A stretch of 39,274 nucleotides of DNA from Candidatus Nanoarchaeia archaeon (GCA_035290625.1 DATDTY010000068.1:1-39274), one strand, 5' to 3'; shown: positions 9,616 through 18,284, numbered from the stretch's first letter. Notes: generated by a model from the sequence alone, not told the origin. Made by a program: numbers and translations.

Positions 9616-11661
9616 ATGGTATTGGATTTTGTGTTTATCGTAGGGATGTTATCAATAGCTGTTGGGGCGTACTTCTTCATGTATGTTGCCAGGCAGGCAA
9701 CAGGCACAAAAGAGATGAGAGCGATCTCAGACTCTATCAAGGAAGGAGCGATTGCATTCATCAAAAGGCAGTATGGAACGATTGCGCTGTTCTCTGTGAT
9801 TATGGCCCTATTGATTGGAGGATTGTATTTCTATAAGGGTGATCCGGGGCTGGCATTGAGGACAAGCATTGCAATCATCTTGGGGGCTGCAAGTTCTGCG
9901 ATTGCAGGAATAATTGGGATGTATGTTGCAGTGATAACCAATATAAGGACTGCTGCTGCTGTGAAGAAATCACTTCCATTCGGATTAAAGGTTGCTTTAC
10001 GAGGGGGGGCGGTGTCAGGCATACTGGTCATTTCATTGAGCCTGATGGGAGTTGCAGGATTGTACTGGCTGTTTGGAGCAGATCCGCTGAAGACTCCTTT
10101 CCTTATTGTTGGATATGGGTTTGGGGCAAGCTTTGTGGCATTATTTGCGCAGCTCGGAGGGGGGATCTATACAAAGGCTGCTGATGTAGGAGCAGATCTG
10201 GTCGGAAAGGTTGAGGCAGGCATACCAGAGGATGACCCAAGGAATCCTGCTGTTATTGCTGATTTGGTAGGGGATAATGTCGGAGACTGCGCAGGAAGGG
10301 GAGCTGATTTGTTCGAGAGCACTGCTGCTGAGAACATTGGAGCTATGATCCTGGGAGTTGCATTGTTTCCAGTTTTTGGGGCAAATGGAGTCTTATTTCC
10401 ATTAGTGGTGATTGCAGCAGGGATGATTGCGAGCATTATCGGGATATTCTCTGTGAAAGCTAGGGAAGGGGAAGATCCAATGAGGGCATTGAACCGGGGG
10501 TTTTATGTATCTGCTTTTCTCGCATTGATCGGGATAGCAATAAGCGTGTATTGGCTGCTGAATGCCAATGTATGGTTCTTCTATGCAGGAATGGTTGGGA
10601 TTGTGATGAGTGTTTTGTTCCTGCTTATCACTGAATATTACACGAGCCATGGATTCAGGCCTGTCAAGGAGATCGCAAAGGCGTCGCAGACAGGGCCAGC
10701 AACCAACATCATTTCAGGCATAGCAGTTGGGCTTGAGAACGTGTTTGCTCCTGTGATTGTGATATCCTTTGCATTGTATCTGTCGTATCAGTTTGGAGTC
10801 TGGTCAGGAGTTCCTCATGGAGGATTGTTTGGAACTGCTGTCGCAACTGTAGGCATGCTGTCAACTGTGGTATATGTCTTAGCAATGGACACCTTTGGCC
10901 CTATAACCGATAATGCAGGGGGGATTATTGAGATGTCCAATGCTCCTGAAGAGATAAGAAAGAGGACTGATAGCCTGGATGCTGTAGGCAATACAACAAA
11001 GGCATTGACAAAGGGGTATGCCATAGGCTCTGCTGCATTGGCTGCTTTCCTGCTGTTTTCAGCATATCTTGAAGAGGTTGCTGCATTGACAGGAAAGGCG
11101 TTTGATGTTGTGAATTTGGCAAGCGTTCCTGTGTTTATCGGAGGGCTTTTAGGAGCTATGCTTGTCTTCCTGTTCAGCTCATTGGCAATACGGGCTGTTG
11201 GAAAGACTGCCCAGTATATCATTGAAGAAGTCAGAAGGCAATTCAGGAATGATACGGGCATTATGAAAGGGACATCTAAGCCTGATTATGCTGCCTGTGT
11301 TGATATCACTACAAGAGGGGCGCTTAGGAATATGATCCTGCCTGGCCTGCTTGTTGTGGGTTTTCCGATACTTGTCGGGTTTATCCTGAAGGCAGAGGCG
11401 CTGGCTGCCTTCCTGATGGTAGGAACGATAGCAGGCATCCTCATGGCATTGTTTATGAATAATGGAGGAGGAGCCTGGGATAATGCAAAGAAGTTCATTG
11501 AGAAAGGCAACTATGGCGGGAAAGGATCAGATACCCATAAGGCTGCAGTTGTCGGAGACACTGTAGGGGATCCATTTAAGGATACTGCTGGGCCTTCAAT
11601 CCATGTTTTGGTGAAGCTGCTGGCTACGATAACGCTTGTCTTGGCGCCGCTGTTTATTTAG
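9616..11661 (+). CDS. hppA: Membrane-bound ion-translocating pyrophosphatase, K+-independent type
   Basis: Motifs GGGIYTKAADVGADLVGKVEAGIPEDDPRNP, DLVGDNVGD, GDTVGDPFKDT. GNTTKA carries the Lys diagnostic of K+-independence. Start moved to ATG 9616 after a GGGGGTG RBS. Confidence 0.97.
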   Translation: MVLDFVFIVGMLSIAVGAYFFMYVARQATGTKEMRAISDSIKEGAIAFIKRQYGTIALFSVIMALLIGGLYFYKGDPGLALRTSIAIILGAASSAIAGIIGMYVAVITNIRTAAAVKKSLPFGLKVALRGGAVSGILVISLSLMGVAGLYWLFGADPLKTPFLIVGYGFGASFVALFAQLGGGIYTKAADVGADLVGKVEAGIPEDDPRNPAVIADLVGDNVGDCAGRGADLFESTAAENIGAMILGVALFPVFGANGVLFPLVVIAAGMIASIIGIFSVKAREGEDPMRALNRGFYVSAFLALIGIAISVYWLLNANVWFFYAGMVGIVMSVLFLLITEYYTSHGFRPVKEIAKASQTGPATNIISGIAVGLENVFAPVIVISFALYLSYQFGVWSGVPHGGLFGTAVATVGMLSTVVYVLAMDTFGPITDNAGGIIEMSNAPEEIRKRTDSLDAVGNTTKALTKGYAIGSAALAAFLLFSAYLEEVAALTGKAFDVVNLASVPVFIGGLLGAMLVFLFSSLAIRAVGKTAQYIIEEVRRQFRNDTGIMKGTSKPDYAACVDITTRGALRNMILPGLLVVGFPILVGFILKAEALAAFLMVGTIAGILMALFMNNGGGAWDNAKKFIEKGNYGGKGSDTHKAAVVGDTVGDPFKDTAGPSIHVLVKLLATITLVLAPLFI

Positions 11662-11696
11662 TATAGTAAGAGGATTTGGCATAGGAAGAGGTTAAG

Positions 11697-12611
11697 ATGG
11701 TCATTGCTCCAGCTGAACCAGAGGTTGAAACCATAATTGTTAATGATACTACTACTATTGAGTGGTTTCCTTGTACCAAAGAGAAGCCTTCTTATACTAA
11801 GCCAATGATGATGAATCCTACAGGCCTTCTGCTTGAGTATTCCAGGAATAAAAGAGGAACCCCCCTTATTGCCCGGTCCCCTAAGGCAGGGGGGCATGGG
11901 GATGTCTTCTATGATTGCCATGCGATTACATGGTCAAGGATCGGGGGAGACAGCGATGCGTTTTTCAGGAGCGCTCTGCTTGATGAAGCCATGATTTTTT
12001 CTGAGGGTGCAGGAAACATCTTTCATTTTAGGGGGAAGGGATATGCACTGGCCCCTCCTTTAGATTCCTTTCCCCTGCACTGCGAGCTTTCTCAGGAAGA
12101 ATACAAGGAGGCAGTGGACAGGATTTCAAGCTCTCACCTCGATAAGGCTGTGATGGAAGTGAGGCAGATTATCCTTGAGAGAGATATGCGATGCAAAGAA
12201 AAGAAAATTCCTGCATTTTACCTGCATCCCATGACGAGCCTTGACCCTTATTTTTTTGAAGTAAAGGATGGCACGGCAGATCTGGTTACGAGGGAGGCTG
12301 ACGGCAGGTACTACATGTTCAGGTACCAGAATGGGCTGTACCATATCTCTCAAATCCCTGGACAGGATCCGATCCCTGCTTGGGAAATGACGGTCATTGG
12401 AGATGCTCAGGGACGGATTGCTGAAGACTCGTCATTAGAAGTGCTTGTGACTGAAGGAAATACTTCCAAAAAGTATGAAAGAAAGCGGTTTGGCATTGCA
12501 TGGAGCTATTCTCCCAAAGGAGAGGAGGAGAAAGCAAAGGAGATCATTGCCAAGGCATTAGAATCAGTAAAGAAAGTGAGGAGCCATCTCAAGGTATGGG
12601 AGGCCTTGTAG
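11697..12611 (+). CDS. Hypothetical protein
   Basis: 304-aa ORF, ATG start, co-oriented with neighbours; no family recognised. Confidence 0.7.
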   Translation: MVIAPAEPEVETIIVNDTTTIEWFPCTKEKPSYTKPMMMNPTGLLLEYSRNKRGTPLIARSPKAGGHGDVFYDCHAITWSRIGGDSDAFFRSALLDEAMIFSEGAGNIFHFRGKGYALAPPLDSFPLHCELSQEEYKEAVDRISSSHLDKAVMEVRQIILERDMRCKEKKIPAFYLHPMTSLDPYFFEVKDGTADLVTREADGRYYMFRYQNGLYHISQIPGQDPIPAWEMTVIGDAQGRIAEDSSLEVLVTEGNTSKKYERKRFGIAWSYSPKGEEEKAKEIIAKALESVKKVRSHLKVWEAL

Positions 12612-12621
12612 GTACACCAAA

Positions 12622-13071
12622 ATGAAAATGTCTTATATAAGGCAGGCAGTGGCGCAGAGAGTTAATGAGCGGCTCCAGGATATGGGATATGCAGGATATG
12701 GCGGCTTGGTTCGGTTTCGTGCTGATTTTGGAGAAGACTTAGGAATGGTCTATACCACAATCCAAATTTATATTGGCAGGGTAAGGAATGCAAAGCCCTA
12801 TCCTGCTATGAGGCGAGGCAATCAAGCGAGAGGCGATGAGGATCCTTTTGCAGCAACTGAACTGGAGAGCCTGTCAAAGCTCCTTTACGCTTTAAGGATT
12901 GACGGAGAAGAGCCTTTAATCCGGGCATTGAAATCAATATATCAGCATTTCCCCTATCCTCCAGAAAGCCAAGCTGGGCAAACGATAGACGAAAGACTAT
13001 CCCGGCTGGCTCCGGAAGACCGGCAGGCTCTGGAGGGATTGGTTGCAAGGTATGGAAAGATCCACTCGTGA
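12622..13071 (+). CDS. Hypothetical protein
   Basis: 149-aa ORF starting 10 nt after the previous stop. Confidence 0.65.
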   Translation: MKMSYIRQAVAQRVNERLQDMGYAGYGGLVRFRADFGEDLGMVYTTIQIYIGRVRNAKPYPAMRRGNQARGDEDPFAATELESLSKLLYALRIDGEEPLIRALKSIYQHFPYPPESQAGQTIDERLSRLAPEDRQALEGLVARYGKIHS

Positions 13072-13328
13072 CCTATGTGCTAATTGCTTTTTTTATTATT
13101 CTTTTTTGCAGAAATCGTAATGTCTTTCAATGGCTATCTCTTTTTCGTATCTCTCTTTCGTTGATTTTGTTATCATTGGATTTCTTATGATTTTCTTATT
13201 AGTTTATTATTATTTTTTAATGTTGTTTAACCTTTTTAAGTCTCTGGCGCCTTATTGCTCAATGATGCTTTCTATTTCTTTTGATCATTCGGTTTTAATT
13301 ATTTTTTAATTGATGGAGTGTGATTATG

Positions 13329-13501
13329 GAGGTTGGTGCGAAATCCTCGCAATGCTCGGGTTGCCATCGAGTTCGCACATGGCATATATGTCTGTGATAA
13401 TCGACATTCGTCCCGGATGGAGCATCCCCTCGAAGTCGATGCTTATTCATTAGCGATGTTGCTCACAAAATGATGGCAACCTTCAATTTCGCACCAACCT
13501 C
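13329..13501. mobile_element. 173-bp MITE-like structured element (family copy 1) with 16-bp terminal inverted repeats and a 9-bp flanking direct repeat
   Basis: gaggttggtgcgaaat (13329-13344) / atttcgcaccaacctc (13486-13501) is a perfect inverted repeat. gtgattatg lies directly outside both ends (13320-13328, 13502-13510). Inner stem ggttgccatc/gatggcaacc. Confidence 0.8.
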
Positions 13502-13544
13502 GTGATTATGAATACTATTATAAATGAGATTCGATTAGAAAACA

Positions 13545-14009
13545 ATGATGAAATACATTCTTTTACTGGGCCTCCTGTTTTTGGCAGCCTGCTCCTCATC
13601 AATCGACCCGTCATTGAAATTCCAGCTCCTGGAGGCTGCGGATTCCCTGCCAGACGCCCAGATCCTTCAAATCCTTGTCGCTGAGCAGAGCAGGTTTGAG
13701 GAATGCAGCACAGCCATCCATGCGGCATACCAGAGCAGAGGGAAGGAGCTAAGCAGGGAGCTGTGCGGAGGAGTTATCAGAAAGGAGATAGTGGAGGAAG
13801 ACAAAGATACGTATCGGGTCGAGTTCCATGTCGATTACCCTTCCTGCAGTGAGAGTGTGATTCCCATGGCAGCGCTTATGGATCTGGAAACTGAGGATGT
13901 CCAGGTGGTGTGGGCAGCAGGGCAGCGGCCTGATCCTGAGTATGTGCAAAGAGTCCAAGAACGGCTGCAGATAAGCGATTGCGAGAAGTTTGCTGAGCAG
14001 ATTACGTGA
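13545..14009 (+). CDS. Putative lipoprotein
   Basis: MMKYILLLGLLFLAAC-SSS lipobox-like signal; several Cys in the mature part. Confidence 0.75.
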   Translation: MMKYILLLGLLFLAACSSSIDPSLKFQLLEAADSLPDAQILQILVAEQSRFEECSTAIHAAYQSRGKELSRELCGGVIRKEIVEEDKDTYRVEFHVDYPSCSESVIPMAALMDLETEDVQVVWAAGQRPDPEYVQRVQERLQISDCEKFAEQIT

Positions 14010-14262
14010 GAAAATCCTGCTCTCTCTGCAGGTATTCTTCCTTCGAGATGCTTCCCGTGATATACTGGACCTGGAGCTTTTTAAGAGGGTCGTCTAATGC
14101 TGCGGGGTTTATCACGATGGCTGTTGGAGGCTCTGCCACTTCCTCAATGTTTATCTTGTCCACATAGGCTTTGCCCCAGTTCATTGTGACTGCCCCAATG
14201 CCGAGCGCGAAGACTAGCAGGAGGAAGGTGGCAACCAATGGGGTGAGGCCTTTCTTGTTCAT
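14002..14262 (-). CDS. Small class III signal peptide (type IV pilin/archaellin-like) protein with C-terminal SHOCT-like motif
   Basis: MNKKG|LTPLVATFLLLVFALGIG fits the prepilin cleavage pattern; DPLKKLQVQYITGSISKEEYLQ is SHOCT-like. Confidence 0.8.
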   Translation of the reverse strand: MNKKGLTPLVATFLLLVFALGIGAVTMNWGKAYVDKINIEEVAEPPTAIVINPAALDDPLKKLQVQYITGSISKEEYLQREQDFLT

Positions 14263-14564
14263 TTTCTAAGCTTCGACAGATACTCCTTCTGGAGGAGCAG
14301 GAGATAGATGAAAAGAGTGATGATGACCATCTCAAGCAGGGGAAAGACTACTGCAGGAACATCAATAATCTTTGCAATATCGAGCACAGTGATGATTTCT
14401 TCAAATATGAATATGACGATGGTTGCAAAGAGGTATTTCCAGGGAAGGAGGTAGGTGTTTTTTGCAGAACGGAACATATACCCGAACAGGATCAGGACAA
14501 TAATAACAAGGCCAAGATTATAGTAAGGGGCTGTAAGGCCGAGGGCGTCTGCAAAGCTGGTCAT
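14259..14564 (-). CDS. Small multi-pass membrane protein
   Basis: About three hydrophobic helices, PWKYL motif, 4-nt overlaps with both neighbours. Confidence 0.8.
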   Translation of the reverse strand: MTSFADALGLTAPYYNLGLVIIVLILFGYMFRSAKNTYLLPWKYLFATIVIFIFEEIITVLDIAKIIDVPAVVFPLLEMVIITLFIYLLLLQKEYLSKLRK

Positions 14565-14887
14565 TTCTTCCTCTTTTTGCCGCGTTTTCCGGCCTGCATT
14601 TCGTAGGTGTTAAGGACAATCTGGAACACCAGGGCTGCAATGACAAAGCCAAGCATAAAGGTAGGGTTGATGTGTGTAAGATAAGGAGAGCTGTAGACGC
14701 GAAACGCGCGAAACGCTCCAAGAACCTGCTGGAGCGCGAAAAGCACCAAAGCTACGATGAGGAATTTCCATGGCCTGAGGAACCGCTGATTGCGCGAGGC
14801 CTGAAACAAGGAGACTGCGATCATGCCGGCAACAACAGAAAGCAGGAGATTTGCAATTTTCAGGACGCCTTCAAGCTGCTCAACCAT
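14561..14887 (-). CDS. Small multi-pass membrane protein, probable paralog of 14259-14564
   Basis: About three hydrophobic helices, PWKFL motif at the equivalent position, GAGGTG RBS upstream. Confidence 0.8.
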   Translation of the reverse strand: MVEQLEGVLKIANLLLSVVAGMIAVSLFQASRNQRFLRPWKFLIVALVLFALQQVLGAFRAFRVYSSPYLTHINPTFMLGFVIAALVFQIVLNTYEMQAGKRGKKRKK

Positions 14888-14973
14888 TACACACCTCTTT
14901 TTGCCATGGCTTTTGGCGGGAGAGTATAAAAAGGTTGCGATGAGGTGATGTAAACTTGTTAACTTCTCGCTCT

Positions 14974-15131
14974 GGCTTTTTGCAGGGGCTTATCAGGGAT
15001 GCCGCCGAGTTCGCTTCCAGTTTCCTTTGTTCATATCGACATTCCCCGGGTTGGACGACCCCCTTGTCGATGCGCTTCTTTTTTGCTGCAAAGCTCACAA
15101 AAAGGCGGCACCCTTCCCCCTGCAAAAAGCC
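14974..15131. other. 158-bp structured element (family copy 2)
   Basis: 15-bp perfect inverted repeat ggctttttgcagggg/cccctgcaaaaagcc, inner stem gggatgccgcc/ggcggcaccc. Shares gagttcgc, atcgacattc, gtcgatgc and gctcacaaaa with copy 1. Confidence 0.8.
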
Positions 15132-15197
15132 TTGAGGCACTTGGAAACTTTACCTGATGCAAAAGATTTAAATAGCGGATTTCCCAAAAGAAGAAGC

Positions 15198-15809
15198 ATG
15201 CTGAAGCATAAGTATGAGGGAAAAGATCAGGTTGTTGTTGCCAATTGGAGGCTGAAATACAAGGATTACCACCATCTGAAGAATCTCTACACCACAATGC
15301 ACGAATGGCTTGTCGAGGAAGGATGGGCTTCAAGAAGCGACCCGGATTTTCCTGAGGATTACTTTGTGATGCGCGAAAAGCCCCATGAAGGGGGGAATGA
15401 GGTGTGGTGGACTGTCAAGAAGACTCCGGTTGACAAGGGAGGGCAAAACTCCTATTACCAGTGGGTCATGGATATCAATGTTCATGTCATCCTGCTGAAG
15501 GATGTAGAGGTTATCCACGAAGGCCAGAAGTTTAAGACCAACTGGGGAGAGCCTGAGATCAAGGCTGAGGCAAGGCTTATCATGGACAAGGATGATGTAT
15601 GGAAGAAGCATCCTTTGCTTAAATATTTCAATACGATCGTGCATAAGAGGATTTTGCTGGAGAAGTTTCAAGCGCAGGAGCTTGAGCTCTATAGGGAGTG
15701 CTATCGGTTCCAGGAGGCAATCAAGACCTGGCTTCAGATGAAAACATGGCTGCCTGAGCCTGAGCTTGGCAAGTTCTGGCCAGAGAAAGGCCTTGGAAGC
15801 GTGCAGTAG
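15198..15809 (+). CDS. Conserved hypothetical protein, tandem paralog 1 of 3
   Basis: Start moved to ATG 15198 behind TATA tttaaata (~15167). Pattern LKY...LYxxMHEWL...W..KK...Y...DVEV..EGQKFKTNWG...IKTWL is shared with the next two ORFs. Confidence 0.85.
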   Translation: MLKHKYEGKDQVVVANWRLKYKDYHHLKNLYTTMHEWLVEEGWASRSDPDFPEDYFVMREKPHEGGNEVWWTVKKTPVDKGGQNSYYQWVMDINVHVILLKDVEVIHEGQKFKTNWGEPEIKAEARLIMDKDDVWKKHPLLKYFNTIVHKRILLEKFQAQELELYRECYRFQEAIKTWLQMKTWLPEPELGKFWPEKGLGSVQ

Positions 15810-15866
15810 TACAGTTGAGGAATATCCGGCGATAGTTTTATAAACGCTCTGGGCTCTGAAGCGATC

Positions 15867-16412
15867 ATGGGTCCGCTTACAAAAGTTCCAGCTCCTACCT
15901 TGGTCATTAAGTATGAAGGGATATTTGATTTCGAAGGGCTGTACAAGACACTCGTAAGCTGGTTTATAGACCAGGGATACCGGTTTGAGGAGCTGAGCCT
16001 CAAGCATAAGGTGCCAAGCCTGGCTGGAACTGAACTGGAGTATATCTGGTTCGCATGGAGGAGGCATAATGAGTATACAAAATTCTGCGTTGACATGATA
16101 TTCAAGCTCTATGATGCAAAAGACCTTGATGTTATCAAGGATGGAAAGAAAAAGCGGCTTACAAAGGCGAGAATCCTGTGCGAGTTTCACGGGTATCTTG
16201 AGCTGGACTATTCCAAGCGGTTTGGAGGAAACAAATTTCTGCAGGGCTTGAATAAGTTTCTGCAGTACCAGATCCTCATGAAGCCGATGGAAGGGGTCAT
16301 CGGAAGCATGTGGTGGGATGAACTGTACTACAGGACATTGAAGCTTCATGCTGTGATAAAGGAGTACCTTGCTCTGGAAGCAAAAGGGAATGCCTATTTT
16401 GATATGTGGTGA
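15867..16412 (+). CDS. Conserved hypothetical protein, tandem paralog 2 of 3
   Basis: IKYEGIFDFEGLYKTLVSWF...KDGKKKRLTKA...LELDY...IKEYL; TATA ttttataa ~25 nt upstream. Confidence 0.85.
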   Translation: MGPLTKVPAPTLVIKYEGIFDFEGLYKTLVSWFIDQGYRFEELSLKHKVPSLAGTELEYIWFAWRRHNEYTKFCVDMIFKLYDAKDLDVIKDGKKKRLTKARILCEFHGYLELDYSKRFGGNKFLQGLNKFLQYQILMKPMEGVIGSMWWDELYYRTLKLHAVIKEYLALEAKGNAYFDMW

Positions 16413-16414
16413 AG

Positions 16415-16960
16415 ATGGTAGAAAGAGAGACAGTCATTGACAAGCTTCGCTTGACGTATGAAGGGTTGTTTGTTGCTACAGACCTCTATCAGATGATTGA
16501 TAACTGGTTCAGGCAGAAGGCGTATGATAAGAGGGAGAATAAGAATATCGAGAAGGTCACCCCTGATGGAAAATACATAGAAATCGAGCTTGAGCCCTGG
16601 AAGAAGATTACAGACTACGCCAGGATCGTGATTAAGATCCGGCTTATCATGAATGATGTCAAGGAGATAGAGATGGAGAAGGACGGGCTCAAGGTGAGGA
16701 TGAACCAGGGCAAGGTGCATGTCGTCATGGATTCATATCTTGAGACTGATTATGAGAACCGCTGGGAGGGGTCTCCTGTCTTTTATTTCATACGGGTTAT
16801 TTTTGACAAGTTTATTTTTAAGCCGCTGACTGGAGGATGGAAGAGCGAGGTTGTGCATGACACCAACCACCTGTACGGCCAGATCAGGTCGTTCCTGAAC
16901 CTGTATAAGTTCTCTACTGAAACCTTCACAGCTCCGCGGCCGCAGTATAATGCGCCGTAA
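16415..16960 (+). CDS. Conserved hypothetical protein, tandem paralog 3 of 3
   Basis: LTYEGLFVATDLYQMIDNWF...KDGLKVRMNQG...LETDYENRW...IRSFL; GGTGA RBS before ATG 16415. Confidence 0.85.
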   Translation: MVERETVIDKLRLTYEGLFVATDLYQMIDNWFRQKAYDKRENKNIEKVTPDGKYIEIELEPWKKITDYARIVIKIRLIMNDVKEIEMEKDGLKVRMNQGKVHVVMDSYLETDYENRWEGSPVFYFIRVIFDKFIFKPLTGGWKSEVVHDTNHLYGQIRSFLNLYKFSTETFTAPRPQYNAP

Positions 16961-17003
16961 TGTTTTTAAATGAGGTTCCTTTCTTTGGGAATAACGTTTG
17001 AGC

Positions 17004-17088
17004 GCCTCCGTAGCATAGTAGCTATTGCATCTGACTTGTATATACTAAAGGAATCAGAAGGTCGCGAGTGCAATTCTCGCCGGAGGCT
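17004..17088 (+). tRNA. tRNA-Thr(UGU) with 12-nt intron at canonical 37/38 (17041-17052)
   Basis: Acceptor GCCTCCG/CGGAGGC, D arm GCAT/TTGC, anticodon stem TCTGA/TCAGA with loop CT-TGT-A|intron|A, T arm GCGAG-TGCAATT-CTCGC; no encoded CCA. Confidence 0.92.
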
Positions 17089-17369
17089 TAATTATGCACC
17101 TTTTTGTTGTCCCTATGCTCTTTAAAGTCCCTTGCAAGGGAATTAAAGCTTCTTTGCATGTTTCTGATGTCGTGTTTATTGCCAGTTGAAGTTCTGAGCA
17201 GGGCTCCTGTTAATCCTATATTGAATATCACCAGCGACAAGATTATGTCCTCAATTGCCCATGAGCCTCCTGCCAATGCTCTTAGTATCTGATATGCAAT
17301 GTAAATCCCTAATAGGGCCAATACAATATACAAAGATAATTCCAGCCTATCTCGTTTATTTTTGTGCAT
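17088..17369 (-). CDS. Small two-helix membrane protein with C-terminal coiled coil
   Basis: 93-aa ORF, two hydrophobic segments, amphipathic tail; AT-rich context. Confidence 0.65.
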   Translation of the reverse strand: MHKNKRDRLELSLYIVLALLGIYIAYQILRALAGGSWAIEDIILSLVIFNIGLTGALLRTSTGNKHDIRNMQRSFNSLARDFKEHRDNKKVHN

Positions 17370-17511
17370 GCTTATCCGCCTAACCTTTTTATCAAGAGTA
17401 TTGTTAAAAGGATTATTAAGAGAATTATTACAAAATAAAGAAATTTAATCTGGCCTTTTTTCATCTTATTGAGGAAAAGAGCGGGCTATTTAACTGTTGT
17501 GGTGGAGAAGA

Positions 17512-18075
17512 TTAGCCCCAATAGCTCTCTGATTTAGCCAACAAGTCCTTTAAGAATCTCTTTCCGGTCTCTGTCTTGAATTTTGGGAGGTTCCTTCCTT
17601 TGAAATACTCAAGATACTTGAGGCTGTTCTCCTTATCAAAATTTGGAGGTATGTGTTCCCAGTCTATCTTAGCGAGGCCGTCTGCCTCAAGGACCAATTG
17701 TGCGTTATGGCTGTCCAGCCTGTCTTTTTTATAATGATGGCCGATTAGAGTTGTGATCTCTTTTACTTCTGCTTCAGGGTATCCGAGCTTTTCCAGTATT
17801 GGCTTCGCAAGTTTTGCTCCGATTTCATCGTGGGATTGCTTGCTTTTCATGAGATCATCAAAGGTGTAGCCTTTTTTGAGCTTTGGATAGCCGATGTCAT
17901 GGAGGTACATGGTTGAGACAAGAATGCGTTCGTCTCCGCCTTCAGCATCGATAAGCTCTCTCATCCAGTGAACGGTTAGAAGGGTGTGGGGGATATCCCA
18001 ATCAGGTTTTCCGTCCTTGAGGTAGGCTACTGCTTCAGATTTCAGCTTTTCTTCTGTTTCTGCATCTAATCTCAT
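17512..18075 (-). CDS. HD-domain (HDIG) phosphohydrolase
   Basis: H...YLHDIG...H...HH...EADGL metal-binding pattern. Confidence 0.9.
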   Translation of the reverse strand: MRLDAETEEKLKSEAVAYLKDGKPDWDIPHTLLTVHWMRELIDAEGGDERILVSTMYLHDIGYPKLKKGYTFDDLMKSKQSHDEIGAKLAKPILEKLGYPEAEVKEITTLIGHHYKKDRLDSHNAQLVLEADGLAKIDWEHIPPNFDKENSLKYLEYFKGRNLPKFKTETGKRFLKDLLAKSESYWG

Positions 18076-18284
18076 TATTTCGGAGGTGATTCGCTAACAA
18101 TAATTCTTAACTTTGGTTCAACTTTCGGATCAAGCCGCAAGTTCCTAAGCTCATAGCTCTTTATGCCCATCTTCTCTGCGTATACCTTTGCAGCCTGCTC
18201 TGACCTGAAGGTCTTGGGCCTCTTCTTTTTCGAGCCCTTGTGAGTCCCCCGGAGCCTGCAGCGCTTCATAAGACCACTTGCCAT
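18075..18284 (-). CDS. Small basic hypothetical protein
   Basis: RPKTFRSEQAAKVYAEKMGIKSY; ATG 18284 follows a TATA-like tttaaa; stop overlaps the next ATG (TAATG). Confidence 0.7.
   Translation of the reverse strand: MASGLMKRCRLRGTHKGSKKKRPKTFRSEQAAKVYAEKMGIKSYELRNLRLDPKVEPKLRIIVSESPPK

Noticed and set aside
13329..13501. Integron attC site, hammerhead/HDV ribozyme, SRP or RNase P RNA
   Set aside because: GTT...AAC order is opposite to attC, no CUGANGA/GAAA core, no convincing HDV nested pseudoknot by eye, and no SRP or RNase P conserved motifs.
15027..15197. N-terminal extension of the 260-aa ORF in the track
   Set aside because: Overlaps the structured element and lies upstream of the TATA box; paralog similarity starts after ATG 15198.
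15330..16349. 339-aa minus-strand ORF
   Set aside because: Antisense shadow of two well-supported plus-strand paralogs, with no recognisable motifs.
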